A DNA stretch of 64,000 nucleotides from Corallochytrium limacisporum Hawaii (lineage: Eukaryota; Protista; Pluriformea), in contig PDIP01000005.1 of assembly GCA_002811645.1 (NCBI GenBank), positions 321,165-385,164 on the forward strand. The letters are read 5' to 3'. Position numbers and translations under genes: made by a program. The notes under the pieces were generated by a model. That model saw only the letters and a program-made list of their open reading frames with translations. It was not told the origin of the DNA and made no database searches. Shown here one piece after another: positions 29,571 through 40,176 of the stretch; position 1 is the stretch's first letter; each line of letters begins with the position of its first letter.

Positions 29571-31235
29571 CTATGTGCTATGTTCTTGCTGGAGAGGAAG
29601 CTGACTTTGAGTACTGTCCATCGCGTTGTCATAGATCTCCTCGTCGTATTTTTCATCATCATCAGCCTCATGATAAATGGCCGTATCCTTGAAGTAGACC
29701 AGGCGCAAGGCAACGAGCCCAGCAAGAACAAGGAATACACTGCCTACGATAATCCAAATTATATAGGTCTCGTACCAAGGTGTCGAAGATTCATTGTCCA
29801 CGATCGTCATAATCGGATATCCCAAGCACTCAGCCATGGTGGTAATGGTAAATCCAGCATCCCGTACTGCATCGATTATAGCGGGCACCTGCAGGATTGA
29901 GTTCAAGTATGTGTCATGTTGCAACAAAATCACGCTGTCCGTTGCAGGATCGAAAGTGTCCAAAAGATCGTACAACGTTTCCAGGATTTTCTCCGGCTGT
30001 GTGTCGTGGAATTCAAAATCCTTCAAATCAGTGTTCCACAGCACAGTTGTACGTCCCATTTCGGCTACAGTTTGAATGACCGCGTTGTTTAGGTCACCAT
30101 AGGGTGGTCTAAAATTGTTGACATTGGCAATGCCAAGCTCCTTGGCGAGCGTTTGATCCATTTCCACGACTTCTACTTGTATCTCCTCCCGGGTGAGCTC
30201 TGTAAACCGTGGATGGTTGAAAGAATGGTTTGCGACTTCACTTCCTTGAGCTACGATTGCCTTCATGATATTCATACGTTCCTCCTTGTTCACGGAGTCC
30301 CCAAATATCTGCTGGCCGGTCACATAGAAAGCCGCCGTCGCATTGTGCGCCTCGAGTATTTCCAGAAGTTGAGGAGTGAAGTCAGAGGGACCATCATCAA
30401 AGGTCAAGACGGCAAGTCCAGGCCGGGTGCAGACAAGAGTTGCACCCTCTTCGTTTTCACATCGATCCAAGCATTGTCCAGTGCAATGGTTTTCGTCGCA
30501 GACGTCTTCGTAGGGCAGTGCTAAATGATCGGTCGTGGCAGACTCGAGACTCAAACAGGCATCTGTGCGATGAATGGCATAGCCAGCAGCACGCGCACTC
30601 TCAACTAATTCCGGTAATGCATCCAGCACAAGCTGACTTGGATCTGTTGCGGCGATATTTGTGATGGCATTCAACCCGACTATAAATGAGTCCCCCTCAT
30701 TGGCATTGATCAGTGCCTGGCGGAGTATTGTCCTAGCGTCATCAGCATCTATAGCCGATGTTAAGTCTAAGTTGGGCTGCAATGGTGTGTACCCAGCGGC
30801 AAACAAGAAAGCGGTAATGTCGTCATCAACGGAGTTGGTTCCCGCATAAATTGTTCCCCGGTTGAAGTTGGCTCCGAAAGCACTATTGAAATTGTATTCC
30901 ATGTTCTGAAAGAAGGTGATCGTTTCCTCAATATCAGTGCCGTTGAGAAAGTCTGGCGAATATGTCCCTGCGACTTCATGGTTCTCTTCAAAGGCGCGTA
31001 TCATTGTTACATTATTTGATAAATCATCATATCCCGCACTACTGTAATAGAAACTCAAGGGTACATCGCTACTGACTGCATAGTCCAGCAATGAGTGGAG
31101 GTTTGGATCAGAACTATCAACCACAATGGCAAAGGCCACGATTCCTCCACTGACACAGGAACTTTGCGAAAAGGAGTCCAGAGCGTATGCGCCGGCTACC
31201 AATCCAAAGATCCCGGTTGCCTGTCTTTGGAACAT
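29571..31235 (-). CDS. Type-I membrane polysaccharide (chitin-type) deacetylase, CE4/NodB: degenerate domain followed by intact domain
   Basis: Signal peptide; the second domain has TFDDGP, HSFNHP, FRPPYG, DLKDF, LQHD; the first domain lacks them (VVDSSDP, ENHEVAG); Cys-rich linker; TM helix IIWIIVGSVFLVLAGLVAL. Confidence 0.9.
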   Translation of the reverse strand: MFQRQATGIFGLVAGAYALDSFSQSSCVSGGIVAFAIVVDSSDPNLHSLLDYAVSSDVPLSFYYSSAGYDDLSNNVTMIRAFEENHEVAGTYSPDFLNGTDIEETITFFQNMEYNFNSAFGANFNRGTIYAGTNSVDDDITAFLFAAGYTPLQPNLDLTSAIDADDARTILRQALINANEGDSFIVGLNAITNIAATDPSQLVLDALPELVESARAAGYAIHRTDACLSLESATTDHLALPYEDVCDENHCTGQCLDRCENEEGATLVCTRPGLAVLTFDDGPSDFTPQLLEILEAHNATAAFYVTGQQIFGDSVNKEERMNIMKAIVAQGSEVANHSFNHPRFTELTREEIQVEVVEMDQTLAKELGIANVNNFRPPYGDLNNAVIQTVAEMGRTTVLWNTDLKDFEFHDTQPEKILETLYDLLDTFDPATDSVILLQHDTYLNSILQVPAIIDAVRDAGFTITTMAECLGYPIMTIVDNESSTPWYETYIIWIIVGSVFLVLAGLVALRLVYFKDTAIYHEADDDEKYDEEIYDNAMDSTQSQLPLQQEHST

Positions 31236-32305
31236 TGTTTCTGTTATCTCCTGACCTGAGGTCTTCTTCGTTTTGGAATATCAATCTCTTGGTGTGCTGA
31301 GATGTTCATTCTGAAGAACCACAATCCCTGTAACACCATCTATGCATTCCTTCCTCTCCCGGTTATTGATACGGTCACAAGCAGAATGTAAGCCAATCAA
31401 ACCTCATTCATCGACTGTCCTTCCAGTTACTTCATTCTTCGTTGTTTTCTACGGTCCGTTCTTCTAACCGTGTCATTTGAAAGTTGCAGTGCGTGCGCAC
31501 CAATTGTGTCCTTCCCCTTTCCCCCCTCGTCCGTGCTCCGTGCCCGCCCATGAAACACATTGGCTGGGAGGGGGGGAAGCTCATAGCCACCCTTCTTTTT
31601 TCTTTACACGCCGCAACCGCTGCCTCACACCCCGGGCTCGACACCTAACCAACCGCCCTACCCCCACCCTCACTTTCTCTCCGACCCGACTGGCTCGCCG
31701 ACAAGCAAAACGCCTGTGCTCTCTGTTCTCCGCAGAGGCGGGTGACTGAGAGGGGGAGGGAGAGAGATTCACGGTGCGTTTTTGCAGGTAAGCTTACCGC
31801 GTTCCGTGGTTTCATTCCTAGAAATAAGAAAAATATGAAAGGGCCGAAAGTACATTGCGTCACAACGAAGAACTACTTTTCTTTTTTTCTCAAACCAACT
31901 TTTTCTTAATGGAGGAAAAATTTAACGGAACAGCTGAATGATGAGTGACGGAAATGTCTCCATGGCAGCACCTGACCACGGTACATTCTCTATTGGGTAT
32001 TCGGTTATACTGCATATTCAGGGCACATCCGGTCTCTTCTCCCCCCCCCCTTTTCCGGGGTGTGGGGACGGGGAAAGAGAGGGAAGTACCGTACGGCAGG
32101 GGGGGGGGGGCAAATGAAGAGAGGTCGGTTAACCTGGGGCCTAGGGGAGGAACGGTGCCTCAAGTTGCGAGGAAGCTCGACATTCTTCAAGGGTCCCCAA
32201 CAACGGGAGTCTATTTACACTGAAAATTCGGAGCGACCCCATCTGCGAAGGTCGGGCTCCACTCTCTCTGAGCCACACTGTCGTTCAGATCAGGGATGCG
32301 TAGTT

Positions 32306-35068
32306 CTACTCTTCTATGTAGTTCAGCCACTTGCGACAACGAGAAGCGCCGCAGAAGCATGGCAGAGCGAGCGATTTGTCCTCGATTGGGAACTTATAGT
32401 CATACGTGATTTCGTCCCCAACGTCAAGCGCTTTACGAGCGTACACGCAGATGCGTTTCTCGTTATTGACTGTGATGACTTGAGCTGTGCAATTTGGTTC
32501 ACAAGAGTGGTTCATGAACCGGGCAATACCTCCTGTGAAAGTCGCATCAATAACCCATTCTTCATCCACACGGAAGAGGTAGCTGGACCCTATGCCCATA
32601 CGCTCATACTCTTCCTCACGAATGTCAGCAACACGGATCCGGATCAGTTCGCCGACGTACTCAATGACCATATCATCAGGCTCAATGCGCTCCATTGCAA
32701 ACAAGCCCCAGTCGTGAATAGACGAACGCCCAAACTGTACCTTCTTCTGTCGACGATTTAGGGACGAATTCAGTCCCGAGATCATGTCCACCGTTCCACG
32801 ACCCCTGCGTTGAGTTGTGTTGCTAGTGGTTTTAGAGGCCTTGGCATTCTCCCTGAGGCGAGCCTCATCTTCCTCGTCAACGCCTAGAATAATATCATTG
32901 GCTTCATGAGCCCACTTGGTGGCTCTCATTGCCCGTCTTTGAGCAACACTGATGGAATACTTGCCTTCGGATCGCGCGGCCCCACTAGTGTGTACAACAA
33001 TATCGTGGAAATGCTCGGTAGGCACGTGACGTGCCTTGTATGACGGGTAGTCGGGCAATGAATGGATATCAACGTTTCCAAACGTGATCCGCGGCTGTTC
33101 CTCCACTTCCTGATTTTCAGTCTCTTCCTCCTTTGCCTTTCTGACCTCCTTCGGCACGTAAAACAGGCCTTGGGAGCCATTATTCATCATCATGTTTGAC
33201 ACTTGCTCCATGTAGTAAGCGTCTTCTTCGTCGAGCTCGTCCGGTGGTTGATCGATAGAAGACCGGGACATCGCAGCTTTGAGAGCTGTCAGTCGTTGAC
33301 AGCGCAGTTCTTCCAAAGCTGCTAAGGCGGATGAAATGTCATCCGTCTCGGCATCCATTACCGACGACAGAGCACTGTCAAATTTGTGCACAAAGCTGTT
33401 CTCAAGTTTCGTAAGGTCCGTGATCTCTGGGAAGTGTTCGCGCAGAGCATCTTCTTCGTCGTTGACAAAATCAAGAGCAATCTGAGCTTGACGTTGCTCT
33501 TCTTCTTTAATTGCTCGAAGCTCTTCCTCTTGAGCCCGGAGGATCTCATAGTCTTCTGCCGATGTCGGCTTCGATGCACGTCTTTCCGATGGCTTGTATT
33601 CCTCTTCTTCATCGGTGGTCCGTTCCTCTGATTCCTCCTCTTCAGTTTCCTCCTCCGAGTAAGAGACACGCCGCTTCTTTTTCGGTCGTGCAGCAGGGGC
33701 CTTTCCTGTAGGTGCAGCTCTTTTCTCCTTCTCAATCCTAGCTTTGCGTTCCCGTTCCAGAGCATCGACATCGTCATCATCAGAGTCAGACTCCAGGACC
33801 TTCCGCTCCTTTTTAATCCGATCCGCTTCGTCCTGCTTATGAACTTTCTGGATTTGATCCTTCCTGTTCTTTCGCTCATTATCTGCATGTGATGCACGCC
33901 TTTCTCTAGATAGTACTCCCTCCATGCGTTTGATGGGCGTAGTCTTCCGACGATTAACAACACGGCCAATCATTCGAATACGCTTCTCTCGTTCGAGCAC
34001 CATGGTCTCGGAGATGATTTGCTGATCTTCCGGAAGCTGATGAATGGCCAACACTGTTCTTGAAGGCGTGGCCTTGTCACCGGTCTTGATCTTGAGCGCC
34101 GCATCTGCTTTCGCTTGCAAGGCCGATGGCGTGTGCTGTTGTGTCTGCTCCAATTGCTTTCGCCGCTGTTGTTGTGCTGCCTGCAACCGTCGAAGCGCAA
34201 TCTCTTCAATTCCTTTCCATATGCGATCCTCTGCAAACTTCGCCAGCTGGTGCTTCATTTTCGATACAAGATGGTCCACCGCCTCATCTCTGGAGAATGT
34301 GCGAGTGCCACGTGCCTTCCCTTGATCACGTGTCCGATCCCTGTCTGGGTCTACTGCCTCAAACCTCATCTTCTGGCCACTCATGAAGGCCCCAAGCAGA
34401 TTATGCCGAGCGTTATCACGAATTTTCGTATTTGGAAAGAGGAAAACCGGCTGTGCCGGTCCCCTTCCGGCTTGATCACCCATGCGTATTTCAATGGGTC
34501 CGTGAATGTTCCTGGACCTCATCCATCGAAGGACATCGTTCGCAGATCGCCCAATTGGCAATGAAGAAATAAGGCGCAATCCATATGAAAAGCCTTCTAG
34601 AGCACCCTTTTCTTCCAACACCTGGCCATTCATACCATTGGGCATCATTGTTAGCTTGTGGCGATCGGTCTGAGAGCGATCCCAGAGAGTAGCAATGCTC
34701 CATTGGCTGGGGGGCGGATTCTTCTTTTCTCTATTCTCAGTTGGTCCCCGGTCAGTATGTTGTAATGTACCAGACCCATTTGTTTTTTCATGTTCTGATG
34801 CTCTCCGACTCGACGCCGGCGTCGAGTGTTCACTTCCGGTTCTAGGTTCGGGTCCTTGACTGCGTGTGCGGTTGTCATAAATTACTGTGAAGTCATGGCC
34901 TAACTGCCTCTGTAAGATACGAACATCTGGTGTCATGGGCCATACCAGGGGCTGCAGGATCACTCTATTTCTGAGTTGTTGCTGGGTCTGTACATCTCCC
35001 CTATGTGCTATCCGTGGATCAACAGGGCGTGCTGGGCCCGGATCCTCTGCTTCACGAGTATTCGCCAT
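32306..35068 (-). CDS. SET1: Histone H3K4 methyltransferase SET1/SETD1
   Basis: N-terminal DPR motif, WIN motif GAARSEG, SET domain (SSIHDWGLFA, IEYVGE, ARFMNHSCEPN, EITYDYKF), post-SET CFCGASRC. First ATG at 35068. Confidence 0.93.
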   Translation of the reverse strand: MANTREAEDPGPARPVDPRIAHRGDVQTQQQLRNRVILQPLVWPMTPDVRILQRQLGHDFTVIYDNRTRSQGPEPRTGSEHSTPASSRRASEHEKTNGSGTLQHTDRGPTENREKKNPPPSQWSIATLWDRSQTDRHKLTMMPNGMNGQVLEEKGALEGFSYGLRLISSLPIGRSANDVLRWMRSRNIHGPIEIRMGDQAGRGPAQPVFLFPNTKIRDNARHNLLGAFMSGQKMRFEAVDPDRDRTRDQGKARGTRTFSRDEAVDHLVSKMKHQLAKFAEDRIWKGIEEIALRRLQAAQQQRRKQLEQTQQHTPSALQAKADAALKIKTGDKATPSRTVLAIHQLPEDQQIISETMVLEREKRIRMIGRVVNRRKTTPIKRMEGVLSRERRASHADNERKNRKDQIQKVHKQDEADRIKKERKVLESDSDDDDVDALERERKARIEKEKRAAPTGKAPAARPKKKRRVSYSEEETEEEESEERTTDEEEEYKPSERRASKPTSAEDYEILRAQEEELRAIKEEEQRQAQIALDFVNDEEDALREHFPEITDLTKLENSFVHKFDSALSSVMDAETDDISSALAALEELRCQRLTALKAAMSRSSIDQPPDELDEEDAYYMEQVSNMMMNNGSQGLFYVPKEVRKAKEEETENQEVEEQPRITFGNVDIHSLPDYPSYKARHVPTEHFHDIVVHTSGAARSEGKYSISVAQRRAMRATKWAHEANDIILGVDEEDEARLRENAKASKTTSNTTQRRGRGTVDMISGLNSSLNRRQKKVQFGRSSIHDWGLFAMERIEPDDMVIEYVGELIRIRVADIREEEYERMGIGSSYLFRVDEEWVIDATFTGGIARFMNHSCEPNCTAQVITVNNEKRICVYARKALDVGDEITYDYKFPIEDKSLALPCFCGASRCRKWLNYIEE

Positions 35069-36312
35069 AGTACTCACCTTCGTACATCTCGCTTGCAATT
35101 GTGTAATCACGTCATCGTTAACAGTGAGGGTCTCACTAAAACTCTGCAAATTTTGGTAACTTTTGCAGTACGTAGTGATTAGCAAAATTTGGCCATGTGA
35201 TAGTCTACTGGCCTTCAGATCTCAGTTAGCGACATTGAATTTCGTATCTGAATTAATACCAATCTCAAACAAAGATATACAGGAAATTTGTCTTCAGCAT
35301 ATTTGTAAATAACGGAACAATGACAGCGTGTTGGTGAAAAGCAAAATACTTTCGCGTTTGACCCATACCACCACCACTGCGCATCAAGTGAGAATCTCCC
35401 GGAGAACCCCGCCGGGGTGCCCCCTGGCTGGCGCCTAATTTTTGCTCCTCCTGCTCCTGGTGCCGTTAACTGCACCCTTCATATTACGAATTCATAGGGA
35501 AAGCCGACCGGCGGCGGTGTTTTCATACTATCCCTGATCTATGTGCCCGGTGATGAAAGGAGGGCACTGGGGCCCCCAACAATTAAACTCCCCCTGCCAC
35601 CCTCTGCCCTGTCCGGACGCGCAGTGGCACTCTGAATTTCATAGCGAGTGAAGGGTAACGGAACCCAGCGGGCAGCCGCAAATTCCAATTTTCGTTCTAA
35701 TTGCTGAGCTTTGGACTTGGTCGGACTGGGGTCCCAACAACGAGCCAAGGTGGGGCCATAGGGGTCTGGGCGCAAACGAGTACGGGGAGATGGGAGGTGG
35801 GTCACGCAGGGGCCCCTGACGACGAGGTGGGATTTAAGTCTGGGCAATAGTTGGGGCTGTATAATGGCATGCTTGTACATCTTGGTGCATACTGCGTTCG
35901 CTTTCACATTGAAAGAATGCAGACGGAAATTTCCCCACAATCATGGTCAGCAGAGCTAGTCCGCGTTATCTTGCTCCTGCGCATTACAGCAAGCGACGGT
36001 AAGGATCAGAGAGTCCCCTTGCGCATGGGTTCGGAGAACTTTGGTCCAAGTGTCTGGAAGTTCCAGGCGGGCTGTGCGGACGGGTGAGCAACCGTGAGGG
36101 TATAGCCAGGCTTTTGGCGACCGAAGACCATGGGATAAATTCTTCAATGGTAAGGAGTGTGTTTGTCAGTGTATGCACGAGGTAGTTGAAGCCTGTTGCC
36201 ATGTAGTAGTGTACAACTCAACTGTGTGGTCGGCGGAGCCACCTGCGAGGATCTAGTGACTATCCACTGGTAGATAGTATGTGAGCTGCATAGAAAGAAA
36301 GACCTTGTCAAC

Positions 36313-37767
36313 ATGGCAGTAATTCCTCAGAGTAAAGGCTTGATCATGGTGGGTGACACCCCTTCATTTGTTAGTCACCCCGTGAACTGGATCAGCGATC
36401 GTCAGAAAAAGCATGGTGACATCTTTCGGGGGAACATATTAGGTAAACAGACCGTATTCGTCTGCGGATATGAGCTCGTTGATGAGCTGCTGGCCAGAGG
36501 AGAGGAATCTGGTATCAGTGTCAAGGAAGGCTACAAGGAGTTCATGAGCAATTTCTTTCCAGACAGTATCCTCTTAACGGAGGGAGAACTGTGGTCGAGG
36601 ATGCGCAAGTCCCTCGATGTAACTTTCTGTGACTGTTACGATCGTTACTTTCATGCCACGCAGGACGTCAGTCGGGAACTGTTCAAAGGCCTTGAGATTG
36701 AAAAGCCCATAGATACCTATAGTTTCTTCAAAGAGATGGTTAGCAAGATCATGCTGTGGCATTTGACTTCCGGTGAAGGAGATCAGGTTGAAACCCATAA
36801 ACGCATCAAAGACCACTTCCACGCCCTTTGTGGCCTGCCGATCGACTTTAGCATTCCTATCTTGGGATTCAAATCCACATACCAAAAGGGCCTTGAAGCT
36901 GGAGAATACCTTGATGAACATTTTGATCAGCGACTGAAGGCAGAGCGGAGCAAGAGCCATGCGAGTAAGGCCAGTCAGGGTGAAGTGGAGCAATCAATCG
37001 AGCAATTAAAGAATATCCGGTCGGAGAACGGCAGTAAAGAGCCGATTGTGGTTGACAGAAAGAGCTGTGGGCCGAACTGTGGCCGTCAGAGCTTTTTGAA
37101 TCGTATGGTGGAGGCTCAAGATGAGGGGCACCACGAAGCGTCTGAAGAAGAGATGAAGAGGAACTTGATGCTGCTTTCCAGCTCGCTTGTGCCGAAATCG
37201 GTAGCTGCTCTGATTACTAATGCCGTCGTCCTATTAGCGTTCCCTGAGAATAAGAGTATCCTACAGAATTTACAGGAGGAGCAAAGCATATTTCATGGAC
37301 AGCAGCTGAAGGTGGAAGATCTGACGCACATGCCGTACCTCGACGCCTTCTTCCGTGAGATGGCGCGTTTGTATCCGTCTGTCATTGGTGGTGTACGCAC
37401 AGCAGTCGACAACGCTTTGATCGGCGGCCATGTTGTGGAGAAGGGATGGCGCGTGTGGTACTCATCCCTTCATGCCAACCGTGATCCTGTGGTCTACAAA
37501 GATCCAGAGACCTTCAACCCGGACCGCTGGCTGGTGGAAAGGGATCAGCAACCTCGTGCCCCTCATACATTTGCAGACCGGGCCAAGCGCACCTGCGCTG
37601 GAAAGAACTTTGTGCGGATTATGTTTGAGGTAGCCATTGTCACCCTACTTCGCAATTACACATGGGGATTAGCATCATCGACCTACCCTATCTGGCGTTA
37701 TATGCCCGTGGTCAGGCCCAAAGATGGTGGTCAGCTCATCTTCTACAAAAACATCACTGCTCCGTGA
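36313..37767 (+). CDS. Cytochrome P450, atypical (CYP26/CYP120-like overall)
   Basis: KHGDIFRGNILG, WSRMRK (C-helix), ExxR as EMARLYP, HANRDP..YKDPETFNPDRW, heme Cys in TFADRAKRTCAG. Confidence 0.9.
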   Translation: MAVIPQSKGLIMVGDTPSFVSHPVNWISDRQKKHGDIFRGNILGKQTVFVCGYELVDELLARGEESGISVKEGYKEFMSNFFPDSILLTEGELWSRMRKSLDVTFCDCYDRYFHATQDVSRELFKGLEIEKPIDTYSFFKEMVSKIMLWHLTSGEGDQVETHKRIKDHFHALCGLPIDFSIPILGFKSTYQKGLEAGEYLDEHFDQRLKAERSKSHASKASQGEVEQSIEQLKNIRSENGSKEPIVVDRKSCGPNCGRQSFLNRMVEAQDEGHHEASEEEMKRNLMLLSSSLVPKSVAALITNAVVLLAFPENKSILQNLQEEQSIFHGQQLKVEDLTHMPYLDAFFREMARLYPSVIGGVRTAVDNALIGGHVVEKGWRVWYSSLHANRDPVVYKDPETFNPDRWLVERDQQPRAPHTFADRAKRTCAGKNFVRIMFEVAIVTLLRNYTWGLASSTYPIWRYMPVVRPKDGGQLIFYKNITAP

Positions 37768-37959
37768 ACTAGCTTGAGAGCCATTGTCAAATCGTGTTGA
37801 CATTGAGCACTTCGTCTCAACATTAAAACATTCATAAATGTATTTCCATTCCGTGTCCTTCAGTCACGAAAGGGCGCCTTATGATATGATATGGAGAGTG
37901 TATTTTCTTACGATCCTTCAAATGGAGAACACATCCCCTGCACAGGTCAATCTCATTGT

Positions 37960-39024
37960 TTACTTGCTCTTTTTGGACTTCGCGGCATCCCTGGCAGCCT
38001 CAGCACGCAGCTGTTCGGGGTTGGGCATCAGAGCGGTGGTCAGACCCAGAGAGGTCATAACTCCGAAGAGTGCACCGACACCAAAGATAACGATAACGCC
38101 CCAAGGATCTTGCTTTATCAGGTTGCTGACGTTGCGGATCCAGCCCTCCACGAAAGCCTCTCCCTTTCCGACAACACCCAACCCGCCAGGTACTTCCTCA
38201 CTAGCGGCCTTCTCGTAGCCACCCTTGGCAAAGGCAGAGAGAGCTTCTTTGGTGCGTGCACCCTGGTATTTGTACATCTTACCGTTGTCAATCATATACA
38301 GTGTAGGGAACCCACGAATTCCGAAACGGTTGCGGGTTGCGGTGTTGGCGTCGCAGTCGACCTTGGCAACATTGATCTCTCCCTTTAGCGCAGTAGCAAC
38401 CTCTTCCCAGACAGGGGCCAGCTTCTTGCAGTGTCCGCACCATGGGGCATAGAACTCAACGAACCATTTACCGGTAGTGGCGCCTGTGGATGCCTGGGTT
38501 TTGTCCTCGAAGTTGGCATCGGTCAATTCCACAACATCCGAAGGGCCAGTGCGGACTGGTTCCTTCTTCTCCTCCTTCGGGGGTTCGGGAGGAGCCACCT
38601 TGCCTTCGGCAATGTCCTTTAGGTTTGGAATTGCAGTAGCTGAGCCGGAGTTACCGGCGCGGGCGAATTTCGCCAAGTCTTGCACTGTGCGGGCACCAGC
38701 ATACTTTGTCATCTTACCGTCCTGAACCAGGTACAAACTTGGGAATCCCTTAATGCCAAAGGCGGTCTTGGAGCTTTTCTCCACGGTGCCATCGACTTTG
38801 GCGACCTTGATACCCTCACCCTTCAGTTCGGTGGCCAGTTCCTCCCATGCAGGAGCCAGCTTTTTGCAGTGACCGCACCAGGGTGCGTAGAACTCAATGA
38901 ACCATCGGTCCTTGGCGTTGATGTTGCCGAAGTCCTTGTCAGTCAGAACGATCACGTCGCTGGCATTGGCGAAAACAGCCATCAGGCACACGGCCAGGAA
39001 GGCAGACAGGGCAGAGAAACGCAT
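37960..39024 (-). CDS. Transmembrane PDI-family protein, two WCGHC thioredoxin domains
   Basis: Signal peptide MRFSALSAFLAVCLMAVFANA, two EFYAPWCGHCKKLAP motifs, cis-Pro GFP motifs, C-terminal TM, Lys-rich end KSKKSK. ATG at 39024. Confidence 0.92.
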   Translation of the reverse strand: MRFSALSAFLAVCLMAVFANASDVIVLTDKDFGNINAKDRWFIEFYAPWCGHCKKLAPAWEELATELKGEGIKVAKVDGTVEKSSKTAFGIKGFPSLYLVQDGKMTKYAGARTVQDLAKFARAGNSGSATAIPNLKDIAEGKVAPPEPPKEEKKEPVRTGPSDVVELTDANFEDKTQASTGATTGKWFVEFYAPWCGHCKKLAPVWEEVATALKGEINVAKVDCDANTATRNRFGIRGFPTLYMIDNGKMYKYQGARTKEALSAFAKGGYEKAASEEVPGGLGVVGKGEAFVEGWIRNVSNLIKQDPWGVIVIFGVGALFGVMTSLGLTTALMPNPEQLRAEAARDAAKSKKSK

Positions 39025-39040
39025 TGTGTGTGAATATGAC

Positions 39041-39162
39041 CTGAAAAACAACAGTACAGATTCAACTTTGACTAGAGGTCTCAAGCTTTCATAGTAGTAG
39101 TCAGTTCTAGTCTCTTCTAGCTGCGGAACAGGACTGCGTTCCTTGTCAGTACAGTGCCTTAC
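39041..39162 (-). other. Candidate 5'-UTR intron of the PDI gene (122 nt)
   Basis: Minus strand reads G|GTAAGG ... ACTGAC ... TGTTGTTTTTCAG|G, ending 16 nt before the ATG. Confidence 0.5.
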
Positions 39163-40176
39163 CCGTTCGACCTTGTTAAGAAGCCGCAGAAACACCACCT
39201 GTTCGATGTGCCCATCGTCTCCGGCGCCTCTGAATGTTGTTGCAGTTGGACCCTAGGTGACGTCCACCGCAGGCCCGTCCGCGTTTATTGCGGGCCAGGT
39301 TGTTGTGTGGCTAATTGCCCGGGCTTGTTGTGTTTTTGCTTTTGAAATCTCAACATCCCCCCCTCCCCCCCCTTCCTTTTCTTCTCCTTTCCCCGGTGGC
39401 TTCGCACTTGGGTGATCCCCCCGGGAACTGTGAAAGAAAGGGCACCATCCCTACTCGTTGGTATGGATTTCTTCTCGAATTTCGTATTCTTCCTCTCCTT
39501 CGGAACAGTTGGAGTTGGTAGCTAAATAGTGAGACGGGGGCAGAAAATTGGCTTCAGTCTTTCCGGGGTTTTCTTTTTTCGTTTGCCTTGTGCTCTGGGC
39601 CCACTGAAGCAGGCCGCGACTGGGCCTCGCTCGTCCTTTTTAGCAGTGACCGGGCCAGTGGTTGAGCTCTGGGAGTCCACTATTTATCCCGCACAGATCT
39701 CACCTTTTGGCAATATCGGCAATGTGGAATGTACCGACCGACGGTGAGCACCAGGTCTTGAATCAAGAAGACAGTCACCTTTGTTGGTATGTTTCCTGCC
39801 GCTGTTTGCCGACAGTTCTCCCGAACAATTGCGGCGTTTTGTTTCGACGGGATCAGAAGGGAACTGGCTCATGGTCGTGATCTCTACGGGATTGATTGTT
39901 GATTGAGAAAATGAATCAAAGACGGACTGGCTATCCCTGGATATTGGGGCTGGAGCACGGTCGCCACTGGCAGATTCCGCTTAGCTTCCTGGTAACGGAG
40001 TACTTCAAGAGTCCAGTCAGAGTGGCCGTTGATCAGGAAAGGATCTATACAGGAAGACAAGAAGAATGACACAATTAGTCTAACTGTTCTCCAACTGTAT
40101 GATATACAAACAACGAAGCACAAGCAAACAGGACAAAGATGATCGAGATGCACGTGCTTGACCATATGAAAGGGTC

